The notes under the pieces are model-generated. The model had not been told where the DNA came from. It saw only the letters and a program-made list of their open reading frames with translations, and searched no databases. This document shows positions 48,481 through 57,336 of a stretch of 64,000 nucleotides of DNA, piece by piece. Position 1 is the first letter of the stretch. The number at the start of each line of letters is the position of its first letter. The stretch is from an uncultured bacterium. GTDB taxonomy: Bacteria > Auribacterota > Erginobacteria > Erginobacterales > Erginobacteraceae. Location of the stretch: positions 96,001 through 160,000 of the forward strand of contig CAWGIE010000031.1 in the NCBI GenBank assembly GCA_963822585.1, given 5' to 3'. A program made the translations under genes and the position numbers.

Positions 48481-50982
48481 TTACGTTCTTTCTTCTCCTG
48501 AGCGACGGCGTCGGCGGAGCCTGAGGATTATACCCCCCAGGAGGGCCAGACCGAAGGCGAAAAGGCCGAAACCCCACCTGACCGCCGGGGGACGGAAGAC
48601 CCACTCCACGGTCCGGTCCCCCGGCCGGACCGGGACCGCCCGCTGAAGATAGTTTACCTGGATCTGCTCTCTTTCCTCCCCGTCCACACTGACTTCCCAG
48701 TCGGGATGGAAAACATCGGTGGTGACCAGAAGGGCGGGCTGGCGGATCTCGGCCTCGATGACCATCCGGGTTGGCTGAGGGATCGTGACGGCGCGGATTT
48801 GGTTTATGGCTTGGAGGCGGTCAAAGCGGTCGCTCGCATCCTCGTCCGGTACAAAATCGACGTAATCCGTAATTCGCAATCCGTAATCTGTTGCCTGATC
48901 TCTGCCGACACCATACTGATCACTGATTACTGATAACCGATTACCGTCTTCAACATACGCCGCCCGGCGGAGATCGCCGGTTAACAGCTCGCGTAAAGCT
49001 TCCCCGGACGAACTGACGACGATCACGTCCTGGGTAAAAACCCGGGGGAGAGTACCGGGAAGGCGATATAGCGTCCATATTCCCAGATCGGCGGCGCTGT
49101 CTGTCTTCTCTGCCAGTCGGTCGGGCAGAGAACTGCGCCGGCGGATCGTCTTGCGGAGGATCATCTTGCGCACGCTCATATTCGGGAAGAAAGCGGCGGC
49201 CGGGTCCTGGATCGCCAGTTGGTAGGGATAACCGAAGGTCAGGGCTGCCACCGCGCGGTGGAGACGCGGAGCCAGGGGTTTCGAGCAGTAGCCGAAGAGG
49301 TACTCCCCCCCAACCGTGGTCGCCATCTGGTCGATCTGGCTCAAGTCGAAGACCGTCCTCTCCGGCCCGCTGACGGGAGTTCCCCCGGTGTAAACGCTCT
49401 CCGCCAGGCGCCAGTAGAGGGTCTCGGTGGGGAAGCGGAACCGGACCCAGGGCTCCTCTCCGCCCCAGGAGAGAAAATAGATCACCGCATAAGCCAGAAG
49501 AAACGCCTCCAGAAAGACGGCCGCTATCAATATCTCCCGGCCCCCGCGGCGGAGACCGACCAGCAGAAGCGATCCGGCCAGTGCCAGAGCGATGTATAAC
49601 AGCGGGCTGGAGAAGAGCCAGCCGCGGTAGATACTCCAGGCCCGGAAGAAGATCGGCCCGCCGCTGATTACCTCCGGCCGGGACCAGACCAGGACCAGGC
49701 CGGCCAGGACGGCCGCCGGCAGGCCCAGCAAAAGCCAGCGGGGAATCCTCCGTCCGCTTCCAAGCAGCCAATGGGCGGAGACCCCCGCCAGCAGGGCCAG
49801 GCCCAGGTGCTGGAGGATCCGCCAGCGGACGGCGTAAGGGAGGCCGAAGAGGGGAAATACCCGCGCCAGCCAGAGATACGTCGGCGAATAGCGGCCGGTG
49901 ACCAGGTAAAGGGAGAAGAGAAAAAGAACCAGTCCGGTCCACCACCAGACCCCGGTTCCATCCTTCCGGGTATGCCGCCCCTTCCAGCCGGCCACCGATC
50001 CGGCCAGGCAGAGGAGGATCAGCCAGAATCCTCCGGTAAGGTTCCCCTCCAGGTAGGAGAATTCCCGCAGGTAACTCACTCCCAGGTCAGCCGCCCGGTA
50101 ATTGGTCAGTGTCCCGAAGGCGTCCGGGACCACCAGCGTCAGCAGGTAGGGCCAGTCGACGCTGAACATCTCCGAGGCGGAACGTTTGGGGGCAAGGAGC
50201 GGGGAATCGCGGTAAATCTGCAGGGTCTCGGTCATCGCCGTCCAGTAAGGGGCCGAGAGCAAGAGGCCAAGGAGGGTAATGAGGAAAAAAGCTTTCAGTA
50301 TCCGCCAGCCGGCGGCGGAATTTTTTCGGAGTAGATAAACGATAAAGATAGTAAGAAACAATAGGGCGGCGGAAGCCAGGCTGAAGATCCCCCTGACGTC
50401 GGAGCCGCAGGGACCGATAAAGGCGAAAGCGGCCGCGGCCGCCGCCAGGGGCCAGGGGGAGGGCCGGCGGGCGAAGACAACCGTCCCCCAGATCAGCAGC
50501 GGCAGCCAGGCGGTGGCGTAAATGGTTGAGGGGTCGAGGATGTTGTAAGACATCGCCGCGCCCAGGGAATAAACCCCGGCCAGCACCCCGGCCGCCGCCG
50601 GACGAAGTTTCATCGCTCTCCGGCCGAGGGCGTAGGCCCCCAGGGCGCAGATCAGCCAGTGCAGGAGCAGCGGGACCTTGATCAGCCAGGCGTAGGCGGC
50701 GTCAACGTCCGCCACCGGCGCCAGGAGATAGAAGGGATAGAGCGGCCAGTACCAGATGGTGGTATTGGGGATGAAGTTTATCCGTCCGCCGGCGAATGTC
50801 TGGTTGTCCCAGAGCGGAAGCGAGCCGGAACTGATGGAACGCGCGTTAAAGAGGAGGCGGGAGAAGGTCTCGTAAAAGTCATCGATGAACACCCCCCGCC
50901 ATCCCAGGAGCATCGGGGCCAGGAGTATGATCACCCCCAGACAAAGTCCCGTTATCCATAACCTGTCAGTCGAGAAACGCAT
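48481..50982 (-). CDS. YfhO-family membrane protein with in-frame heptamer insert
   Basis: FIDD, PLWDNQTFAGG, TTDVFHPDWEVSVDG, VNYLQRAV; paralog of 22905-25442. Confidence 0.8.
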   Translation of the reverse strand: MRFSTDRLWITGLCLGVIILLAPMLLGWRGVFIDDFYETFSRLLFNARSISSGSLPLWDNQTFAGGRINFIPNTTIWYWPLYPFYLLAPVADVDAAYAWLIKVPLLLHWLICALGAYALGRRAMKLRPAAAGVLAGVYSLGAAMSYNILDPSTIYATAWLPLLIWGTVVFARRPSPWPLAAAAAAFAFIGPCGSDVRGIFSLASAALLFLTIFIVYLLRKNSAAGWRILKAFFLITLLGLLLSAPYWTAMTETLQIYRDSPLLAPKRSASEMFSVDWPYLLTLVVPDAFGTLTNYRAADLGVSYLREFSYLEGNLTGGFWLILLCLAGSVAGWKGRHTRKDGTGVWWWTGLVLFLFSLYLVTGRYSPTYLWLARVFPLFGLPYAVRWRILQHLGLALLAGVSAHWLLGSGRRIPRWLLLGLPAAVLAGLVLVWSRPEVISGGPIFFRAWSIYRGWLFSSPLLYIALALAGSLLLVGLRRGGREILIAAVFLEAFLLAYAVIYFLSWGGEEPWVRFRFPTETLYWRLAESVYTGGTPVSGPERTVFDLSQIDQMATTVGGEYLFGYCSKPLAPRLHRAVAALTFGYPYQLAIQDPAAAFFPNMSVRKMILRKTIRRRSSLPDRLAEKTDSAADLGIWTLYRLPGTLPRVFTQDVIVVSSSGEALRELLTGDLRRAAYVEDGNRLSVISDQYGVGRDQATDYGLRITDYVDFVPDEDASDRFDRLQAINQIRAVTIPQPTRMVIEAEIRQPALLVTTDVFHPDWEVSVDGEEREQIQVNYLQRAVPVRPGDRTVEWVFRPPAVRWGFGLFAFGLALLGGIILRLRRRRRSGEERT
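48862..48946. repeat. Heptamer inverted array inside CDS
   Basis: gtaatcc gtaattc gcaatcc gtaatct ... actgatc actgatt actgata accgatt. Confidence 0.8.
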
Positions 50983-50996
50983 ATAATTTTCCTGAT

Positions 50997-52055
50997 TTAT
51001 CTCCCGGCGGGACGACGGACGCGGGGATGCCAGTTTCTGAGCAGGCCGGCCAGGGCGAAGGGGTGGAAACGGAGGAGGTCGTTGATCAGGTTGCAGCCCA
51101 AGTCGAGACAGGCCTGGCAGTTAACGGGCTTGAGCCGCAACCAGGCCCCCTCGATGTCGCCGTCGAGACAGTTGCCGAGCGGCTCACTATAAAAGAGCTT
51201 GGTGCAGGGGAAAATATCCCCCCGGTTATCGATGGCGGCCAGGTATCGCCCGGACTGGCACGGGATCGGGCGGAAACTCTTCAAATCCTCCCGGTCGGTG
51301 ATTAAATGACGGCCGAAGCCGTAAGGCCAGCGGCGGACGTAACGGAGGATATGCTTCGGGTAGGGCAGGACCCGGCGGGGGTGCCCGATCAGGTCGTCGA
51401 GGAAGGCCCCGATCTCCTCGTCACTCGCTTCCGCCGCCTCCACCCGGACGCCTTCTATCTTATCCTGGGGGCGGAGAAAGTTGATCCCGATGAAGCAGCC
51501 ATACTCCCGGGCGACGGAATCGACGTGGGCAAAGGCTTGGGCCAGGTCACGGGTCAGGGTAAACTGGAGCTGAACCCGGATCCCGCGGCGGCGGCCAGCC
51601 TCGATAGCCCCGATGACCTTCCGGTAGGTCCCCTCTCCGCGGTAATAATCATGGATATCGGGCGGCCCGTCGAGGCTGATACTCAACAGGTCGGTCCCGG
51701 CGATCTCCTCGATCCGCTCCGGGATCAGCAGACCGTTGGTGTTCAGCGAGCAGTTCATCCCCGCCGCCTTGACCCGGCTGATCACCGCCCCGATATCTTT
51801 CCGCAGCATCGGCTCCCCGCCGGCCAGCATCACGAAAGCGCAGCCCAGCCTTCCCAGACCGTCGATGACCTGGAGCAGGGGCTCCAGCGGAAAGTCCGGG
51901 CGGCGACGGCCGCCGAACTCGGCGTAGCAGTAGCGGCAGGAGAGGTTGCACCGCTCGGTGGTCATCAGCTGCACGAAGAGAGGAATCCGGCGGCCGGCCA
52001 GCCGGCTCGCCGCCTGCCGGGCCAAACGCGCTGTTTTCCGGATCCCGTTCTTCAT
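50997..52055 (-). CDS. Radical SAM/SPASM(Twitch) protein
   Basis: TERCNLSCRYC, GGEPMLR, CQSG..IDNRGDIFPC, CQAC. Confidence 0.9.
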   Translation of the reverse strand: MKNGIRKTARLARQAASRLAGRRIPLFVQLMTTERCNLSCRYCYAEFGGRRRPDFPLEPLLQVIDGLGRLGCAFVMLAGGEPMLRKDIGAVISRVKAAGMNCSLNTNGLLIPERIEEIAGTDLLSISLDGPPDIHDYYRGEGTYRKVIGAIEAGRRRGIRVQLQFTLTRDLAQAFAHVDSVAREYGCFIGINFLRPQDKIEGVRVEAAEASDEEIGAFLDDLIGHPRRVLPYPKHILRYVRRWPYGFGRHLITDREDLKSFRPIPCQSGRYLAAIDNRGDIFPCTKLFYSEPLGNCLDGDIEGAWLRLKPVNCQACLDLGCNLINDLLRFHPFALAGLLRNWHPRVRRPAGR

Positions 52056-53125
52056 CGCAGCTCCCGCAGGGCCTTGCGGGCGTAATGCCAGAGGATATCG
52101 GGTCTCATCCCCAGCACCAGGTTGCGATCAAGGTAGGAGAGGATGTAACAGGCTTCGCACCCCTCCCGGCTGACCCCTTCCAGGGAGGATTTCAGGCCGT
52201 CGCGGCGGATATTGAAGCGCGGCTTGCCCCAGAAGTTGCAACAGGGATAGACGCTCCCGTCGGCGTCGATAAAGAGAACATAATCGCCGTGGTAGCATTT
52301 GGGATAATGGAAGCCGGGCGGGAGTTTGGTCGAAGCGGCCATCCTTTTCTGGTAGGAGAAGGGCCAGTCCAGGGCGATCTTGTGGGCCAGTTCGGAAAAT
52401 TGGAGGGGATAACCCTCGCTCCGAAGTTGGAGGATCTGGTGTAAAAATTCTCGGACCTGTTCATCGCTCACGTCGAGGTGATGGGTGGGCCCGCCCTCCC
52501 GCAGCGGCTCATATTGAAAGGAAAGGGAGAAGTTGAGGAGGGCGCCCTTCCGCCGGGAAAGTTCGGCCAAAAACTGCAGGTCCTCGGGTTGGGTTTCGCT
52601 GGTCAGGACCGCGTTGATCCGGGTGGGGACACCGGCGGCACTCGTCAACTCGATCGCCTTCACGATCCGGTCGAAGGTGCCCGGGCCGCGGTTGCGGTCG
52701 TTGACCTCCCGGCGACCGTCGAGGCTGATGCAGATCGAGTCGAGCTTCTTCACCACCTCGAACTTCTTTTCCACCAGCAGCCCGTTAGTGATCATATCGC
52801 AGATCATCCCCTGTCGGTTGACCCGGTCGACCAGTTCCCCGATGTCCTCGCGCAGCAGGGGCTCGCCGCCCTGGAGCTGGAGCAGGCAGGTCCCCGCCCG
52901 GGCCAATTCGTCAATCAGGCGGAGCAATTCCTCGGTTGTAAACTCCGGCCAGTTATCGCGGTTACAGTAATCGCCATAGCAGTAGTAACACTTCAGATTG
53001 CAGCGGTTGGTAACGGCCAGGTAGATATTGAGCGGTCGCCGTTTGTAGAGGAGATGACTGACGGCAAGGTTAAACAGCATCTTGGCACGTTTGTATGTCA
53101 AACTGTATCTCATTATATTAATCAA
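52052..53125 (-). CDS. Radical SAM/SPASM(Twitch) protein
   Basis: TNRCNLKCYYC, GGEPLLR, CYHG..IDADGSVYPCC. Confidence 0.9.
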   Translation of the reverse strand: MINIMRYSLTYKRAKMLFNLAVSHLLYKRRPLNIYLAVTNRCNLKCYYCYGDYCNRDNWPEFTTEELLRLIDELARAGTCLLQLQGGEPLLREDIGELVDRVNRQGMICDMITNGLLVEKKFEVVKKLDSICISLDGRREVNDRNRGPGTFDRIVKAIELTSAAGVPTRINAVLTSETQPEDLQFLAELSRRKGALLNFSLSFQYEPLREGGPTHHLDVSDEQVREFLHQILQLRSEGYPLQFSELAHKIALDWPFSYQKRMAASTKLPPGFHYPKCYHGDYVLFIDADGSVYPCCNFWGKPRFNIRRDGLKSSLEGVSREGCEACYILSYLDRNLVLGMRPDILWHYARKALRELR

Positions 53126-53130
53126 GAATG

Positions 53131-53160
53131 GTAATCAGTAATCGGTGATCAGTGATCAGG
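53131..53160. repeat. Heptamer arm overlapping stop of four-helix gene 2
   Basis: aatcagt aatcggt gatcagt gatcagg. Confidence 0.85.
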
Positions 53161-53610
53161 AGCTTCGCTTTCATGAATTCCAGGGTTATCTTCGTCTATT
53201 TCCTCAAGTTGATACCAATCTCTTTCTTCTTTTATCATCTTGCCGCAGAACTGTGATGACTTGCTTATCATGCTATTTATCATTTTCCCTATACTCTGAC
53301 ATCGATCTACCAACTCCTTGTGCGTTGCTATATCGACATAGCCACAATCCAATGAAGTGTCGAGCCAGTGCTGGGTTTCCTGCTGTTCTCCATCGGAATC
53401 CGTTAATTTGCTTATAAAATGCGCCGGGTAGCGCCTCTTAGCCCATGCCTCTGCGATTTGAGCTCCTACTGATCGTGATGATTTGCGAATCTGTGAGGTA
53501 AGAGAATACAGCTCTTCTTTCGGATACGATTTTGTAAGATCAAAGATCTCTTTTGCCAACTGCCGGGCGCGCTTGTAAACCTCCAAATCCCTATAACTTT
53601 TCACGTACAT
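53149..53610 (-). CDS. Four-helix-bundle protein (paralog of 43879-44328)
   Basis: MYVKSYRDLEVYK...SQIRKSSRSVGAQIAEAW; 81 of first 93 aa identical by hand count. Confidence 0.9.
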   Translation of the reverse strand: MYVKSYRDLEVYKRARQLAKEIFDLTKSYPKEELYSLTSQIRKSSRSVGAQIAEAWAKRRYPAHFISKLTDSDGEQQETQHWLDTSLDCGYVDIATHKELVDRCQSIGKMINSMISKSSQFCGKMIKEERDWYQLEEIDEDNPGIHESEAPDH

Positions 53611-53646
53611 GAGGGACTCCTCATGGTCACGCCAGCGAAAACTGCC

Positions 53647-53756
53647 ACTGATTACCGATTACTGATCACTTATTATTTTTATATTTATCTTCCCCGCAGG
53701 GGCTCCAGCGAAATCGCCCACTGATTACCGATTACTGATCACCGATTACCGATCAC
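53647..53756. repeat. Two heptamer arms upstream of four-helix gene 2
   Basis: actgatt accgatt actgatc (53647-53670) and five units at 53720-53756, each preceded by ccagcgaaa. Confidence 0.85.
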
Positions 53757-53763
53757 ATCAACT

Positions 53764-54897
53764 TCAAATGAAATTGATGTGATCCGGCGGTTCGCCGGCA
53801 GGTTCATCCAGCGAAATGACCCCGTGCTTCAAATCCCAGAGGAACTCGTTGATCTTGTGCTGGAGGCAGAGGCAGGCGCAGTCGGTCCGGGCGTCGAATT
53901 CATCGGAGGCCAGGTAGTCCATCACCTCCCAGTACCGCTCGCTCTTCCAGATCTCCTTGAAGGAAGTATCGATGATGTTCCCGATGTGGAACTTCTCCCG
54001 GTACCGGCTGTTAAAGAGCATGCCGCAGGGAGCCACCAGCCCGGACCCGGAGAACTGGGGCATGAAGGGGGCGCCGTAGCAGCGGGAGTATTTCCTCTCC
54101 CCCCCGCTCATGATCTTCGACCATTTCGCCTTGACCAGGTAATCCCCGGTCGAATAGCTCTCGGCCTCTCTCAGGATGTCCCCCATCGTGAAATATTTGG
54201 AATAATCCACCCCCAAAGTATGGAGTTCATCGTCACTGCAGTGCTTGATGACGGTGTAATCGACGCCCAGCTCCCTTCCCAACCTGGCCAGGGGGATGAT
54301 CTGGTCCTCATACTCGGGGAGGAGGACCATCTGGAGCCCAAGTGTGACCGAGAGGTCGTTCTCTCGTTTGATCCGCACGCACTCCTTGATGATATTCATC
54401 ACCCGGTCGAATGCCTCCACCCGGCAGCCCATCACCCGGGCATAAGCCTCGGGCTCCCCGGCGGAGATGTTGAATCGCAGATAGGTAAGAGCGGGCAGTA
54501 TCTCTCCCAGCCGTTCAATCTTGAGGAGGTAGCCGTTCGTGCCCAATGCCATGTCAAGCCCATTGGCCTTCCCCCGGATAATCGCGTCCTCCAGGTGGGG
54601 GGAGCAGGTGGACTCGCCATCGCTGACGAAGCTGATCGCCTTCACCCCGATCTCGGCGGCGTCGTCGAGAAACCGGAAGATGACGTCCCGGGTCATCTTC
54701 TGCTCGTCATGGAGCTGAAGCTTGCTGTAACAGTAGACGCAATTGAAGGTACAGCGGCGGGTGAGGGCGCAGTCGATCGTGATCGGGGCGATCCGCTCCC
54801 CGGCCAGCCATGCCTCCAGCCGCTCCCGGTGCCAGGCGAGTTTATGCCCGTCGAGCACCAGACGCGGCGCTTCATTTTTTTTCTGGCCATCCATCAA
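53764..54897 (-). CDS. Radical SAM/SPASM protein
   Basis: LDGHKL, TRRCTFNCVYC, CYGAPF..GLVAPC, IGNI, CACLC. Confidence 0.9.
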   Translation of the reverse strand: MMDGQKKNEAPRLVLDGHKLAWHRERLEAWLAGERIAPITIDCALTRRCTFNCVYCYSKLQLHDEQKMTRDVIFRFLDDAAEIGVKAISFVSDGESTCSPHLEDAIIRGKANGLDMALGTNGYLLKIERLGEILPALTYLRFNISAGEPEAYARVMGCRVEAFDRVMNIIKECVRIKRENDLSVTLGLQMVLLPEYEDQIIPLARLGRELGVDYTVIKHCSDDELHTLGVDYSKYFTMGDILREAESYSTGDYLVKAKWSKIMSGGERKYSRCYGAPFMPQFSGSGLVAPCGMLFNSRYREKFHIGNIIDTSFKEIWKSERYWEVMDYLASDEFDARTDCACLCLQHKINEFLWDLKHGVISLDEPAGEPPDHINFI

Positions 54898-54911
54898 AAT
54901 TACTTCCGAGA

Positions 54912-54999
54912 GGAGTATTGGAGTGGTGGAATGTTGGAGTGTTGTTTTTTCCGGGCCGAGTGCCCCACCACTCCATTACTCCAGTACTCCATCACTCCA
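54912..54999. repeat. Inverted octamer tandem array
   Basis: GGAGTATT GGAGTGGT GGAATGTT GGAGTGTT ... CCACCACT CCATTACT CCAGTACT CCATCACT CCA. Confidence 0.85.
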
Positions 55000-55052
55000 C
55001 TTTAATAAATCCGTTTGGCGACGGCGGCGAACAATCTTTGAAGCAGCCTCAT

Positions 55053-55877
55053 TTATTCTCTACTGTATTTGCCCGGAACCCCGAGACCGATTTCAATCGT
55101 CTCCCGACGCCGTCGGTCTGATACCGTTCCCGGGGCCGGTTGCCTCCCTACCTTCTTGGCGGGAGAGAAATAGATCTCTTTTACCAGGGCAAGGTAATCG
55201 CCCATAACCTGTTTCAGTGAACGCAGGGATATCGCCTTCGATTCACCGCCGGACCGAACCGCCAGGCGATAGGGGACCTCGGCAAATAGATACCCGCTCC
55301 AGACCGCTCGGACCACGTTCTCGGTCTGGAAGAAGAAACCGCAGCTTCGATTGGGGGAAGACGCGAGAATCTCCCGGCGATAGAGAACGGTGCCGTTGGT
55401 ATAGTTAAAATTAACGCTGAAGGTTACATTGATGATCATCCGGAAGAGAGTCGAGATCAGGTTCCTTATCTTCGGCCGGATCTCCTTGTTGTAGACAAAG
55501 GGGACGACCATATCCACCTCCCGGAGCAGCCCGACATACCGGATGATATCCCCGGGGTCGTTCTCGTCGTCGCCGGGCATGAAGGCGATGGCCTCCCCCC
55601 CGGCTTCCGGCAGGCCGTCCCGGAAAGCCGCGCCCAAACCCTGGGGGGTCCGGTGATGGACCATCCTGATCCGACCGCCGCCCTCCCGGGCGGCGATCTC
55701 TTCCACGATCCGCACCGTGCCGTCCGTAGAACCGTCGTTGACCACAATTACCTCTCCGGCAACCCCGTGTTGTCGAAACGCCTCCAGGGTGTGTTCGATC
55801 GCGCCGGCGATGTTGGCCTCCTCGTTCAGCGCCGGCATGATGATGGAGAGGTCGACGTTATCAGTATGAGCAACCAT
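55053..55877 (-). CDS. GT2 glycosyltransferase (DPM1-like)
   Basis: IMPALNEE, VNDGSTD, PGDDEND. Confidence 0.9.
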   Translation of the reverse strand: MVAHTDNVDLSIIMPALNEEANIAGAIEHTLEAFRQHGVAGEVIVVNDGSTDGTVRIVEEIAAREGGGRIRMVHHRTPQGLGAAFRDGLPEAGGEAIAFMPGDDENDPGDIIRYVGLLREVDMVVPFVYNKEIRPKIRNLISTLFRMIINVTFSVNFNYTNGTVLYRREILASSPNRSCGFFFQTENVVRAVWSGYLFAEVPYRLAVRSGGESKAISLRSLKQVMGDYLALVKEIYFSPAKKVGRQPAPGTVSDRRRRETIEIGLGVPGKYSRE

Positions 55878-55911
55878 ATAGTGTAAACCGCATCACGCGT
55901 TTTACTAATCA

Positions 55912-55997
55912 GGAGTGCTGGAATACTGGAGTAAGGGAGTAATGGGAAAGTACTCCTGCCTTTCCATCATTCCATCATTCCATTACTCCATTATTCC
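55912..55997. repeat. Inverted octamer tandem array
   Basis: GGAGTGCT GGAATACT GGAGTAAG GGAGTAAT ... CCATCATT CCATCATT CCATTACT CCATTATT CC. Confidence 0.85.
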
Positions 55998-57109
55998 CTG
56001 TTTTTACTTTTAACCAGCCTGCTCCGGAAGGTTCCCAACACCGTCTCCCCGATCACGTTCAGATCCCAGTTGATCATGGCGGATGTATTGATCAGGGAGA
56101 CCAGGTAGCAGGTATAACACGGCTTCGTCTCCAGATGCCTGAAGGCCGCGTCAAAACCGGCATCCTTCAAGTTCTTGGCATTAAACATTCCCTGCATCCC
56201 CTGGCAGGGATAAAGGCAGCCGTCTTCATCGATAACAATCTCGTAATTGCCGTACTGGCATTCGATCGCCTCTTTCCCCAATAATCGGCATGCTTCTTCT
56301 TTGCCGAGGAACTTCCTGGTATACGACACCGGCCAGTTTAAGGTGTAGCGCAGTATCTTGGTGGTTGCGAAGATGGGATATCCGCGCCGAATGTATTCAA
56401 TAAATTTCTTCTGGTAGACAATGACATCCTCGTCTTCAGGGGCCAGGTCTTCCTCACCGAGCCGCTCGTCACCTTTAAAAAGGAAATTGATCCCCCATTC
56501 CACCCGGTTCTCTTTCACGAACTCGGCCATGAAATCGATATCGTGAACCGTATACTTGCTGATGGTGGAATTGATCCTGATCGGGGTTTGATGGACCTCC
56601 TTGACCGTCCTGATCGATTCCACCACCTTGTCGAAGGTCCCCTTCCCCCGGATCCGGTCGTTGCCTTCCCGAGCTCCGTCAAGTGAAAAGCAGATATTAT
56701 CGAGCAGCGCAATCTCCGGGATTTTCCGGATCCGGTCCGGGAACTGGCCGTTGGTCACCAAAGCGACGACGATCCCCTTGCTGTCGATATACGCTATTAA
56801 ACGTCCCAGGTCATTATGGAGGAGCGGCTCCCCCCCCTGGATCAGGATATATCTGGTTCCTCTCTCGTAGAGATCGTCGATCAGCCTGATCAGGTCATCA
56901 TATGCCCAGTCCGGCGTCCGGCGGTTTGAATAACTGCCGAAACAATAGGCGCATTTCAGGTTACACCGGCTGTTGATCACCAGATTGACATAGAAAGGGT
57001 ACCGGGGCTTTTTCAAGACCTTGATGGCCAGCATGTAATAAAGCGTTCGGACCCGGTTCCAGTATCGGCGAAGAGCGAGTTGTTTTTGGCTGTATTTCAT
57101 GGCAAGCAA
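55991..57109 (-). CDS. Radical SAM/SPASM(Twitch) protein
   Basis: NSRCNLKCAYC, GGEPLLH, CQYG..IDEDGCLYPC, CYTC. Confidence 0.9.
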   Translation of the reverse strand: MLAMKYSQKQLALRRYWNRVRTLYYMLAIKVLKKPRYPFYVNLVINSRCNLKCAYCFGSYSNRRTPDWAYDDLIRLIDDLYERGTRYILIQGGEPLLHNDLGRLIAYIDSKGIVVALVTNGQFPDRIRKIPEIALLDNICFSLDGAREGNDRIRGKGTFDKVVESIRTVKEVHQTPIRINSTISKYTVHDIDFMAEFVKENRVEWGINFLFKGDERLGEEDLAPEDEDVIVYQKKFIEYIRRGYPIFATTKILRYTLNWPVSYTRKFLGKEEACRLLGKEAIECQYGNYEIVIDEDGCLYPCQGMQGMFNAKNLKDAGFDAAFRHLETKPCYTCYLVSLINTSAMINWDLNVIGETVLGTFRSRLVKSKNRE

Positions 57110-57146
57110 AGGTCAAAAATTGTTTTGGGCATATTTAATATACTCC

Positions 57147-57336
57147 GTTATCAGTAACCAGTAATCGGTAATCAGTACCCGGTGCCGGGTCATGCCGAAA
57201 GGTCCCCTGATCACTGATTACTGTTTACTGATTACTTTCTTGATCGGTAGTCAGTAATCGGTAAACAGTAGCCGGTTCCCGGGCCAGGCCGAAGGCCCAC
57301 TGATCACTGATTACTGATTACCGATTACCGATTACT
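57147..57336. repeat. Two tandem empty heptamer hairpin elements
   Basis: (AATCAGT-like)x4, ~30-bp spacer, (ACTGATT-like)x4-5, present twice with related spacers. Confidence 0.85.

Noticed and set aside
43879..53610. Diversity-generating retroelement (Avd-like genes)
   Set aside because: No reverse transcriptase and no template/variable repeat pair seen in the window
25602..57109. RiPP cluster or anaerobic sulfatase maturation as the role of the SPASM rSAMs
   Set aside because: No precursor peptide, RRE or peptidase transporter seen; the sulfatase-fold proteins lack the Cys/Ser motif
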